This document shows positions 13,256 through 24,193 of a stretch of 64,000 bases of DNA, piece by piece. Under the pieces are notes generated by a model, which saw nothing but the letters and a program-made list of their open reading frames with translations, searched no databases and was not told the DNA's origin. Source of the stretch: Eledone cirrhosa (taxonomy: Eukaryota). Each line of letters opens with the position of its first letter. Positions within the stretch are counted from its first letter, which is position 1. The translations under genes and the position numbers were made by a program. The stretch is from assembly GCA_964016885.1 (NCBI GenBank), contig OZ024741.1, forward strand, positions 310,620,001 to 310,684,000, in the 5' to 3' direction.

Positions 13256-15013
13256 ATGTTGAATGTTGAAGCATCTTGTATAATGCATGAGTTGGAAATT
13301 GAGAACAGAACACAACCTTTCGTGCCCAGGAAACCGAAGATCAATATGAAGGACCACAAGAGGAATTTTGAGATTGACCTGCCAGTTAGATTAATCGCAC
13401 CTTCAAAATCGGACCTGGGCAAATTAAGCAAAAACATTCTTGACAGGGTGATACTGCAAATTAAGAACTTGGATTATGTATCTAACCTGAGCTTGTGGAA
13501 GGGAACTGGAGAGGTTGTTGAGTGGTTTAGGCAAATTAAATATGACAATAATAATAGGTTTATTCAACTTGATATAGCTAACTATTATTCTTCTATTACC
13601 CCTAGTCTACTAAATAAGGCACTAAATTACGCATTCAAACATACGGACCTAACTAGCAAAGAAATGCATATTATATTATCGGCTAGGAAAACTTTGATAG
13701 AATTTGATGACAAATTATGGACCAGAGCAGATAGAGATAGCAATTTTGACATAACTATGGGATCTTCCGACTCAGCTCAAGTAACTGACCTTGTGGGCTT
13801 ATTTTTAATCAATTCGCTACATAGGAAAATACCTGGTACTACCGGAGGTTTATATAGGGATGACATGCTTTTACTTATTAATAATAATAACCCTGAACTA
13901 AATAGAAAATGTAAACAAATTACAAAATTTTTTAATCACTTTAACCTTAAAATAGAAATTGAGAACAACCATAGAATAGTCAATTTCCTAGATATAACAT
14001 TAAATCTCAACACATGTCTCCACTATCCTTTTCACAAGTTGAATGAAAACTTAAACTATGTCAACTTTAACTCTAACCACCCCAGATCTGTCAAAAACAC
14101 TATAGTAAACTCAGTCCAAAAACGTATCTCTAGGATCTCGTCGAATAGAAAGATTTTTGACGAAAAGGCCCAATACTATAATGATGCACTAGCTAGGGCA
14201 GGGTATGCTGATAAGATTGTGTACATAGATAATGATAAACAAACTAAACAAAGTAACAACTTTTTTAATTATGGCAACAACATTAACAACTATAATAGAA
14301 AGCATTACAATAATTCCAAAGGACAAAAAAGAAATAGAACTAGGAACATAATTTGGTTTGCCCCCCCTTTCTCACTAAACATTAAAACCCACATCGCTAA
14401 ATTATTTTTCAAAGCGCTTGATAATCGCTTCCCTAGAACACATAGGTACCACTCAATCTTCAATAGGCATACAATTAAATTAACCTACTCATCCACCAAA
14501 AATTTAGCACAAAATATTAATAGAATAAATAATAGGAACTTAAAACCTACTGATAATAGCATAAATAATATACAAGTTAACAAATGTAACTGTAGAGATA
14601 GATCTAAATGTCCGTTAAATAACAACTGCTTAGTTAAAAATATAGTATACAATTGTAATGTTAATACTGACTCTAATTCTTTTAACTACGTCGGTTCCAC
14701 ATCGACGGAATTTAAACTTCGCTATAATAACCACAAGAATTCTTTCACAGATCCAAATAAAAAATCTTCAACGGCACTATCAGGTGTACTCTGGCAACTT
14801 AAGCTAGATAACGTTAGATATTCGACGGCTTGGAATATAGTCTCAAGAGGGATTCCTTTTAATTCATCCTCTGAGACATGTGACCTCTGCGCAGAGGAGA
14901 TATTCTTTATACTAAAATCTAAAAATTCCCTTAACCTACGGACAAATTTATTCAGTTGTTGCAAACATAGATTAAACTCAACGTTTAAATATAAATTTAA
15001 ATTTAAAATGTAG
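13256..15013 (+). CDS. Penelope-like reverse transcriptase + GIY-YIG endonuclease (uninterrupted, N-terminally truncated)
   Basis: KDHK..RLI..KS, FIQLDIANYYSSI, ITMGSSDSAQVTDLVG, GGLYRDD; Cys linker CNCRDRSKCPLNNNC; IVY..YVGST..FKLRYNNH (GIY-YIG); CDLC..E..LN..CKH. The first ~33 aa of the tracked ORF come from the inverted pLTR. Confidence 0.93.
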   Translation: MLNVEASCIMHELEIENRTQPFVPRKPKINMKDHKRNFEIDLPVRLIAPSKSDLGKLSKNILDRVILQIKNLDYVSNLSLWKGTGEVVEWFRQIKYDNNNRFIQLDIANYYSSITPSLLNKALNYAFKHTDLTSKEMHIILSARKTLIEFDDKLWTRADRDSNFDITMGSSDSAQVTDLVGLFLINSLHRKIPGTTGGLYRDDMLLLINNNNPELNRKCKQITKFFNHFNLKIEIENNHRIVNFLDITLNLNTCLHYPFHKLNENLNYVNFNSNHPRSVKNTIVNSVQKRISRISSNRKIFDEKAQYYNDALARAGYADKIVYIDNDKQTKQSNNFFNYGNNINNYNRKHYNNSKGQKRNRTRNIIWFAPPFSLNIKTHIAKLFFKALDNRFPRTHRYHSIFNRHTIKLTYSSTKNLAQNINRINNRNLKPTDNSINNIQVNKCNCRDRSKCPLNNNCLVKNIVYNCNVNTDSNSFNYVGSTSTEFKLRYNNHKNSFTDPNKKSSTALSGVLWQLKLDNVRYSTAWNIVSRGIPFNSSSETCDLCAEEIFFILKSKNSLNLRTNLFSCCKHRLNSTFKYKFKFKM

Positions 15014-16135
15014 TATATTTAGTTTGATTTATATTTATATGAGAACTAGCCGATAAATCTTTTGATTCCTAAATCTTTGATTCCCTCTTTTTACTCTTTT
15101 TATTGTTTATTTTATTTTATTTATTTTTATTTTTATTTTTATTTTTATCTAAACATTCCTCATGAAAAATTAAGCTACCCTAAAAGCCGATGCTCCAAAT
15201 TTTCTGAATTAACCTTACACTTGATAAACTTATATATTAAATATAGGAACATATGTAGACATTATTGGACATCATAATCTTTTTTGCGATATTCCTTGCT
15301 AGATGTGATTTGATAGATAATTTTGGCTTTGTCTTGTAGTGAACTTGGCAATATATTGTCAATTAACCTTGAAGGGTTGTTCTTTGTGGTTTATTTTTAT
15401 TTTCATTTTTATTTTTATTTTTATTTTTATTTTTATTCTTTTAGTATTGTAGTATTCTATAATATTTTTATATTTTTATTTTTTATTTTTTATATGTAAA
15501 TTTTTTTTATATGTAAATTTTTATTTTTAAATTTTTATTTTTAATATTTTTAATATTTTTATATGTAAAGTTTTAATACGTAATATTTTTAATACGTAGT
15601 ATTTTTAATATGCAATATTTTTATTATGTAATATTCTTTCGTAATATTCTTTTTTAGTTTTCTATTCTATATTTTTTTATATTTTTATATATTTTTACTT
15701 ATTATCATTATTATTGTTATCTCTGCTTATAATATAATATATATTTTCGATTAGTATATTGAAATCTGCTCTCTATTTCTGCTTGATAGATAATCTTGTA
15801 GAGTAATCGCAAGAATAATAATACGCTCAAATTTTTATACCACATTGAGAATGTTTTCCGGTAACTTTGAATTTGCGGAGTGAATCAGTTGGATTCACAT
15901 AGACATAGAAATTTTTTTTAAAAACTAAACATAAGATAATGAATTTTCACGCATTGTGAATACTTGTTTCATTCAGGAATACTGATATTTACAATATAGT
16001 GTAAGTTTTATAAATACTAATACATTAAAACATAGGGTTTTCTACGCCTCGAATATGTCTGGCTATTTTAAAATTTTTCTCTCTCTATATCTCTCTATAT
16101 CTACATATATATCTCCCTTACATTAATACTTGAGC

Positions 16136-16170
<35 letters not shown>

Positions 16171-16534
16171 ATGTATCATTGATACACTTACTCAAAATGA
16201 CCTCCCACTACCTAATTTTTCTATATCTATATTTATATATGTATCTATCTCTATTTCCTCTCTCTCTCTATATATATATATATCTCTTTCGGTCTCTTTA
16301 CATGAAGCTCTTCGCTTTATCTATTTTTCCATCTCTCTATTTTGTCCCATGCATTTCTTCTTTTTCTTCTTTTTCTTCCTTTCTTCGTTTTGTCTTTCTT
16401 TCTTTCTTATTTCCCTCTTTTCTCTCTCTCTTTCTTTCTCTCTGTATTTTCACTGCTAGAGTGAACCTCTTCAAATGAAGTTGATGTTTATTACGGTATG
16501 TCGAATATATTTATCTATAAAACTGTTTATATTG

Positions 16535-16600
16535 TATTTTGTCTGATGAAGGCATAGCATATTGTTAATATGATATCCCCGAAATATATATAATGAAATA
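16535..16600 (+). ncRNA. Minimal type I hammerhead in 3' pLTR (family A)
   Basis: UAUUUUGU-CUGAUGA-AGG..CAUAUU/AAUAUG..CCC-GAAA-UAUAUA-UA^AUGAAAUA; palindromic stem III as in PLE hammerheads. Confidence 0.78.
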
Positions 16601-16884
16601 AATATGGTTTTATAAATATAGTTTTCCATTTATTTAATATTGTAAATATACTCCAAGTATTTGTCGAGTGCTTTTATATCAGTTATAAATATTTACTAGT
16701 TGTAACCCAACAATTTTAAATATAACTTTACATGTATATACATATATATATATATATGTGTATGTATATGTATATATATATGTATATGTATATGTGTGTG
16801 TATATACGCGTTATATGTCTGTATATATATTTGTATATTTATGTATAGGTCTGTGTATGTATGTGTATGTTTGTATATGTATGG

Positions 16885-16916
<32 letters not shown>

Positions 16917-16929
16917 ATATATATATATA

Positions 16930-17022
<93 letters not shown>

Positions 17023-17031
17023 ATATGTGTA

Positions 17032-17086
<55 letters not shown>

Positions 17087-17197
17087 ATAAATATTTATAC
17101 ATATGTATACTCGTGTTTGTATGTACGCGTGTGAGTGTATTTATTTGTGTATATATGTATGTGTGTGTGTGTATGTATGTGTATGTGTGTGTGTATC

Positions 17198-17256
<59 letters not shown>

Positions 17257-17281
17257 ATCTGTGTATATGTATATGTGTATG

Positions 17282-17320
<39 letters not shown>

Positions 17321-17354
17321 ATATATATGTATATGTGTATATGTATTGTATATG

Positions 17355-18080
17355 TATGTATGTATGTATGTGTGTATGTATGTGTGTGTACATGAATATA
17401 TATTTATATTTATATATATTTATATATTTTTTATATATGTGTGTGTGTTTTTATGTGTGTATATGTGTTTGTGTGTGTGTTTATGGTTGCGCGTAAGTGT
17501 GTGAGTGAGTATGTGTTTTTTTGTTTTTTTGTTTTTTTGTTTTTTTGTGAATGTGTCTGTTGATTTTTGGCATATAGTTGATTAGTTTAAGAGAAGTTCG
17601 AAGATAATAGTAAGATATGCACTCAGTATTTTGAATCTGTCTGCAGAATTCTCTAGACCTTTGTCACTTAGTAGAACCTTAATGACTTTAGCTTTTAAAG
17701 AATCTCCCTTTTCTTTAATTCTATCGACCATGACTGACCCCCCACTGACTTTATAGACATCTGTTAGCTTAAGAGAAACTTATTGACAAGGAATGGCATG
17801 CCATCCGGAACCTGTTTATAGAATTCTGTCTGCCTTTGTTACTCTAAAAACATAAATAAATATAAATAAAAATAAAAATAAACTATAGCTTTGTAGAATT
17901 AGCTTTTAATGAATTCCCTTTTCTATCAACCAATGACCTGCACCCATCCCACTCCCCACCCTCTCCTACCACTTGTAGAGACCTATAAATACCATATTTA
18001 TTTTTTGATACCCAGATTCCTGATGATTTCTAATGAATGAAACAGTTCTAGTCCTGTAGAATCTCTTCTATATTAAAACT
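17355..18080 (+). mobile_element. Penelope-type pLTR/3' UTR family B, right arm of outer inverted repeat
   Basis: Inverted near-identical copy of 9036-9755. Confidence 0.8.
18014..18064 (+). ncRNA. Type I hammerhead ribozyme (family B)
   Basis: AGAUUC-CUGAUGA-U-UUC(UAAU)GAA-U-GAAACAG(UUCUAGUC)CUGUA^GAAUCU; all three stems pair. Confidence 0.88.
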
Positions 18081-18169
18081 ATATATATATATATATACAT
18101 TATGAAGAGAGAAGAAACATTTAGATATAATTAGTAATAAAATGTATCATACCTAAACTGCTTCTAGAT

Positions 18170-18259
18170 TCCTCGACTACGTAGTTTCGTGGCATAAACA
18201 AAAATAATATATCATAAAGACATAGAGTCCTTGCGAGGTCTGCCGACTTATCAAGAGGA
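18170..18259 (-). ncRNA. Type I hammerhead with U3-A8 core (family C)
   Basis: UCCUC-UUGAUAA-GUCGGCA..UGCCAC-GAAAC-UACGUA-GUC^GAGGA. Confidence 0.72.
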
Positions 18260-18554
18260 TACCTCATTTTACTAGTCTCACGAACGCGTCTACACCACGT
18301 GAGAAAGAATCCCAAAAGGCGGAGGGGGAGATAGTCACGCGATATAACGGTCGAGAAACAGAGCTAAGCCTCTTATAACCCCGAAGAAAATACCACGGAG
18401 GCGGAGGGGGTATTCATATCGAGGCCGCAGAAGAGGTGGTGAATGAGGCGAGAAGTATGAGTAATGGAAGCTTTCCAGCTATCCCCACACTTCAAAGATT
18501 GGGATTCTTTCTCACGTCGTGTAGACGCGTTCGTGAGACTAGTAAAATGAGGTA

Positions 18555-18644
18555 TCCTCTTGATAAGTCAGCAGACCTCGCAAGGACTCTATGTCTTTAT
18601 GATATATTGTTTTTGTTTATGCCACGAAACTACGTAGTCGAGGA
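18555..18644 (+). ncRNA. Type I hammerhead with U3-A8 core (family C)
   Basis: Same motif on the + strand; substitutions in stem II (gtcagca) weaken pairing. Confidence 0.68.
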
Positions 18645-18874
18645 ATCTAGAAGCAGTTTAGGTATGATACATTTTATTACTAATTATATCTAAATGTTTC
18701 TTCTCTCTTCATAATGTATTTTTAACTCTGATACTGGTTCAGTCTGGTTCAACTGGATTGGTCTGTCCCAGTCATTCATTGAGCAACATCGGTGAAGTTG
18801 GCACCCTTAACTCACAGTTGGGTGCGGATGCATTCATGTATATATGTGTGTGTCCGCATGTATCTGTGTGTTTC

Positions 18875-18951
<77 letters not shown>

Positions 18952-19155
18952 GGGATAACAAATTATCGTTATAGGTAATCCAGTTAGAGGTTCTGAGTAC
19001 TCTGTATTGTGGATAGTTTTAACGTACGGCGTTGTGTGACACAAGAGGTTTACTTAGTTAGGTGGCGAGATCCCGGGAATTCCTATGCAGGTTAATCTTG
19101 GAGTAATAATAGTGAAAGAGTGAAGAATAACATCGTCAATAGTACAACAACGGTT

Positions 19156-19269
19156 TCATTTACAGTATTAAAAATTGTTTCATTGATTAGGATGTCTAAA
19201 GATTCCTAATCACTTGAAGTCTCACTCAATCTTAAATACAGTGTATGCCTAATCAAATCATCGGAATAA
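19156..19269 (-). ncRNA. Hammerhead-like motif with long stem II (family D) inside a small fold-back (arms ~19108-19188 and 19283-19354)
   Basis: UUAUU-CCGAUGA-U-UUGAUUAGG..CCUAAUCAA-U-GAAACA..UGUA^AAUGA. Confidence 0.55.
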
Positions 19270-19373
19270 CTCAGTTATTCCGATCAATGAAACAATACTG
19301 TAAATAAAACACTTTTCGTACTGTTGAACATGTTATTCATCACTCTTTCACTATATATATATATATATAAATA

Positions 19374-19420
<47 letters not shown>

Positions 19421-19579
19421 TAAAATAACAGATTAAAGTTTAAGCAAACAATCGCTGCTTTCAGCCTTAACGGGATCTTCTGAAACTAACGAAGTCCATT
19501 TGCTCTACGGTTCTTATATATTTGATATATATTTATCCTTATCGAGCCCTCTTTGGATTTTAGTCTTCAAATATATTAT

Positions 19580-19654
<75 letters not shown>

Positions 19655-19884
19655 CATACATACATACATACATACATACATACAGACATACATACATACA
19701 TACATACATACCTACTGACTACTACGGGTATTAACTCCAAGCCAACTATTATTTTGGACCTCTAGTATTAGGTTGGAGGATCAGGTATGACAGTATTAAT
19801 GAAAATGAGAAAAATATTTGAGGACAGACACGTAATTAAAGTATCCAATAAGTGAATAAGATAACAAATGACCTTTTATCTTAC

Positions 19885-19948
19885 CAGCTGCTAAAGTTGA
19901 CTGCCATGTTAATAATATAATAAATCCAGCAATAGAAAGGCAGGACAT
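19885..19948 (-). CDS. Host gene first coding exon (signal peptide), copy A
   Basis: ATG, MSCLSIAGFIILLTWQSTLAA plus 1 nt, then donor gtaaga (phase 1); length and frame conserved in copy B. Confidence 0.65.
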
Positions 19949-20351
19949 TGCAAGCCGTGTTAAATTATAAATCGAAAGTGAGGAAAATTCAGCTGTTTTA
20001 TATTTTGTCACTACGATGCTAACGGAATTATCGTTAGCGTTCAGTGTCACGAGACGGCGTGTGCACCCTTTGTGCTAAACTTCAGTAGATTACTCATGTT
20101 CTATTTCACTATATAATATGTTTATGTGGTGATGACCCTTTTAGATTTAGTGTTATACATATATTTATTTATTTATTGATACAGAATGGGAAGAGAAATA
20201 ATCTTGGCATTTTCAGTTCTGTCGTAGTGGACGAAACTGAGAGGAAGAAAGAGTAGAGATGTATTTTACAGACATGCCCCGAATAGATCCAAACCACTTA
20301 AGTCTGGTAAAGGTGCACAAATATTAGATGGTGATGTTACACTATACATAA

Positions 20352-20545
20352 TTGTTTCTACTTTTGGCACAAGGCCAGCAAATTACTCAGTACATTACTG
20401 GTACTTTATTTTATCGACCCTGTAAGGATGAAAGGCAAAGTTAACCTCGACGGGATTTGAACTCAGACTGTTACACTATACATAATTGTTTCTACTTTAG
20501 GCACAAGGCCAGCAATTAACCAGTGCATTACTGGTACTTTATTTT
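20352..20545 (-). mobile_element. 5'-truncated SINE plus duplicated SINE tail, absent from copy B
   Basis: SINE core on the minus strand; gttacactatacata is duplicated; empty site at ~37545. Confidence 0.8.
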
Positions 20546-20904
20546 ATACATAATGACAATCTTTCTGTTTCAGGGAACGGTTATTATTATTGGCCGTACA
20601 TGTGTGAAGACGTTACAAGTCTGCGGGAGGAAAGGTTTGTAATTTTAAACTGTTTTAAAGTATTATTTTGTGTATTTTCTTGTCGATAACGGTGCATAAG
20701 GTACCCACTCTGGTTCGAAGGAGAGGAGACTTCTCAATATTCGGGCTTTAAGCCCGAATGTTCGGATTTATTAAAAGAAAACTTTGAAAAAATCACCCCC
20801 TCAAAAACATGAAACATTTCGACCTTCAAATGGTAAACAACTTACAGGTCAAAAGGTCAAAAACAGCGACTAGAGCTCCTACTACTACTGCTACTCAATC
20901 CTAC

Positions 20905-21362
20905 CATAGACATGTGCGATATGTCTCTTGTCAACCCTACTGAACAAGACAAGGGTGCGGTTAACAACACTGTATCACCTCCAACCGACATCACCATCAC
21001 AACAACAACCAAGAAAAACAACATCAACAACTTCAATATAAACACTAATAACAGTAGCAGCAGCAACAACAAACAAAGCAACAACAACAGCAAAAACGAC
21101 AACACCAACAACAAGAGCAATAATGAAAGCAACAACAAGCTCAACGGCTGTACCACATTTGCAGCGGCCGCAGCCAAAACAAGGTGCTTTATTAACGTGG
21201 ATATCAGCGATAAGGAACGACAGTTGGCCCAGGGGTGGAAACTAATTAAATGCGAGAAGACCTGGCCCAACCTAACCATCACGGACGAGGCAATAGCAGC
21301 TAAGCAAAAGAGGACGGTATACTTTCGATGCATTTCAGTGCAGACTCGCAAAGTGGTATTCG
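20905..21362 (+). pseudogene. 5' ORF1 fragment of Tx1/L1-like family 1
   Basis: Nearly identical to 39270-39668 (TFAAAAAKTR..RCISVQTRKV). Confidence 0.85.
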
Positions 21363-21578
21363 CTAACTTTGGTAACTTACTGACCCCGAGCAACGCCGGG
21401 CTTTAATGCTAGTATATATATAAATGCATATATATATATACATACATATTTACATACATAGATATATACATACATATATACATATATATATATTTTCATA
21501 TATATATATTTATATAAGTATGTATACGTACATACATATATGTATACAGACGTACAGTAGTATGTATATATATATACA

Positions 21579-21668
<90 letters not shown>

Positions 21669-21892
21669 GTATATATAATATTAGTGATAATATTAGAGTT
21701 ATAATATTAATGTTGTTTACTAATAAAACAGTTCAGTTAAATCATTTTGTTAACTGTAAAATAAATTTTTCTAATAATATTTCCTTCACATGCATTTTTA
21801 TTTTACCACTATTTAGTGTTTATTACCATGTTTTAGATTTTGTGCAAATAAACAACGGCAAGCATATCTACGGCTGGGAAGATGGTAATGCC

Positions 21893-21936
21893 TTATATTT
21901 GGGGTGTCGTCTCATCCGGCATATATAGGCCTACAC
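21893..21936 (-). CDS. Possible terminal exon of EGF gene B
   Basis: ctgac..taattcag acceptor; phase-1 reading GVGLYMPDETTPQI-stop; AATAAA ~70 nt downstream. Weak polypyrimidine tract. Confidence 0.25.
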
Positions 21937-22025
21937 CTGAATTACACGTCAGAATTTGATGCGTTGACCTATGCACCGGACCAACTTTTACACCGGCTTA
22001 TACAGTGTATGTATATAAGTGTATT

Positions 22026-22087
<62 letters not shown>

Positions 22088-22094
<7 letters not shown>

Positions 22095-22779
22095 TAAATC
22101 ATGTCTTTAGAATCATAAGATAATAAAATATATACTATTTCTTCTTCTAATTAGCATAACTAACCATATAAAAAATCAATCAGAACAAGCTATAAGAATA
22201 AATGCTCTTATGGGGAAATCTCCGACAAATAACCGAACGTAGCCTCTTCGCGGCGGCCTCACTCGAGTATTTATCCAACATTTCGACAGCATGTAGAAAC
22301 TGACTAAATATACCATCAACCATACACAATTAGTTGTAAAATTTAACTTAGAAGAAATGCGCACATACCGTAATTATATCTCTACCATGGTTTCTTCCTT
22401 ATTTTAGACATCCAAATAATAGGAATGTCCTGAGTTAGGATTCATCAGGAGACAAACTCAAAATCAGACATCTAGTTTTTCAATCCGATCCCGCCAAAAG
22501 TAGATTAAAAAACGGCTAAGATACGCTATGTGGCTGTGGACAAGCCAGAGAGAAAGGATGTGATTGGTTGCTTACGGCGGGTAGGCTTGCTGCTAGAAAG
22601 CACAGCCAAATATCGCCAAATTTAATCTCAACCTATTGGGAGATTATTAAATATAAACGTTAACATATGCATAAAGTTATAGATATATACATGTTGCAAC
22701 TGGTCACTTTTAAGCTCTATGAAGAATTAATCAATTAAAAATCAGAGCATTATATCATAAATCATGTCTTTAGAATCAT
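22088..22779 (-). mobile_element. ~690-bp hammerhead-containing monomer with 29-bp terminal direct repeat (retrozyme-like, family E)
   Basis: tatatcataaatcatgtctttagaatcat occurs at 22088 and 22751; internal hammerhead; flanked by (TA)n. Confidence 0.65.
22377..22454 (-). ncRNA. Type I hammerhead ribozyme (family E)
   Basis: UGUCUC-CUGAUGA-A-UCCU[7 nt, GACAUUC/GGAUGUC hairpin, 7 nt]AGGA-A-GAAAC-CAUG-GUA^GAGAUA; palindrome ACCATGGT in stem III. Confidence 0.82.
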
Positions 22780-22829
22780 CAGATTCAACCCGGAATAAAT
22801 TATATATATATGTCTGTGTGTGTGGGTAT

Positions 22830-22988
<159 letters not shown>

Positions 22989-23753
22989 ATTAGAATGTTG
23001 GCTCTAACATAGCTTTAGACATATCAGTATGTGTAGTTTGGATATCTACCAATATGCGGTATGTTTAGGTATAATAATAAACAATAGACAGTCTTTAGCT
23101 ATGAATGGAGACAGATGAGGTAGGGCCATCTAGCGGATCCCAGCAGAGGTAAGGGCGGGTAAATCTCGACGATCGTCGTTTCTGATTCTGGTCGCTATCA
23201 AGACAGTGCTATATATATATATTACTATTGGTGCTCTGAAATAGCGATGTATACATGAATGTATTTATATTATATTTGGCAATATACTGTATGTTTAATG
23301 AAAAACATTTAGAAGACCATTCGCTATTAGTTATAAAGTAGTTACTATGTCACTTACTTATTCTTGGCAAATAATAACAGAGAGTAATCCTCAGGCAGTC
23401 TGTTTCTCGCTTGTGAGCGTTTATCAAGACCGCACACTCCGCAGTCTTTGTCGAGAATTATAGCTGGATTCTTATAGAATTCCAGTAATAATCAGCAGCT
23501 GATTATACAGAGCGATTGCCGGTCCAGCAAAAATTAGGTATTAGTATTGGTGATCTTATATTGCCAAATATACTATACATACATTCATGTCTTGATCGCT
23601 ATTTCAGAGTACCAATACTAACATCTAATTTTTGCATTTACCTAATATTTACACACACAAACACACAAGCGCGCGCGCAAACATATATATGTGTGCGTGT
23701 GTGTGTATGTTTGTATGTGAGTATAGAAAATACGTAAGAAGTTTATAATATAC

Positions 23754-23888
23754 CTTGTTGGCAATTGTCACCAATATAACCTGCAGAACATCCATCTGAA
23801 CATGTTCCATTTCGCTGGTCACAGTTACTGTTGTTGAGACAATGGCATTTCCCTGTACAATTAACACCAAAGTTTCCTATTGGGCATT
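23754..23888 (-). CDS. Host gene exon encoding an EGF/laminin-EGF-like module (MEGF10/SCARF/PTP-type)
   Basis: 135 nt, tttcag acceptor and gtatat donor, phase 1-1: (E)CPIGNFGVNCTGKCHCLNNSNCDQRNGTCSDGCSAGYIGDNCQQ, 8 Cys, no stops. Confidence 0.9.
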
Positions 23889-24193
23889 CTGAAATATATA
23901 TAATATTCCTATATTAAACACCATATTTACACACACACACACAGACACACGCCCAAACACCCCATCACCCCCCACAGCCACATACACTCCTACACACACT
24001 CCTACACACACTCCTACACACACACACACACACACACATGTATATATAAATATATATATATACTACATATATACATATATACATACTTACATACATATAT
24101 ACATACATATATACATATATATACATATATTCATATACTGTATTTATATAAAATTAGTATTAATATTAGAGTTATAATATTTCTTTCTACCTT

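Larger units (their letters stand above)
12987..16730 (+). mobile_element. Penelope-like element (Naiad-like), 5'-truncated, with inverted 5' pLTR (12987-13258) and direct 3' pLTR (~16352-16730)
   Basis: RT+GIY-YIG ORF; 12987-13258 is the reverse complement of 16352-16644 apart from a ~20-bp indel; hammerhead in the pLTR; inserted in (TA)n. Confidence 0.92.
18095..18835 (+). mobile_element. Fold-back PLE-type element family C (inverted arms 18095-18314 and 18500-18719)
   Basis: ~220-bp near-perfect inverted repeat, one hammerhead per arm, flanked by TA/TG-rich microsatellite sequence. Confidence 0.75.
19690..20880 (+). repeat. Segmental duplication copy A, part 2 (paralogous to ~36875-37860)
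   Basis: Colinear from ctgactactacgggtattaac to aggtcaaaaggtcaaaa. Confidence 0.95.

Noticed and set aside
15014-15300. SECIS element or selenoprotein PLE, as in some Naiad elements
   Set aside because: The ORF has no in-frame TGA and ends in TAG; the ATGA..AAA..GA near 15160-15190 does not pair convincingly.
18121-18693. Duplicated small ORFs on opposite strands
   Set aside because: By-product of the family C inverted repeat; no coding signal.
19435-19490. Another minus-strand hammerhead (AGUUU-CAGAAGA..GAAAGCA..UGCUU-AAACU)
   Set aside because: The core has U4A and stem II is out of register; at best a dead remnant.
20575-20636. Plus-strand exon-like segment (tttcag..aag|gtttgt), conserved in copy B
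   Set aside because: No linked coding exons or recognisable product; cannot be supported without transcript data.
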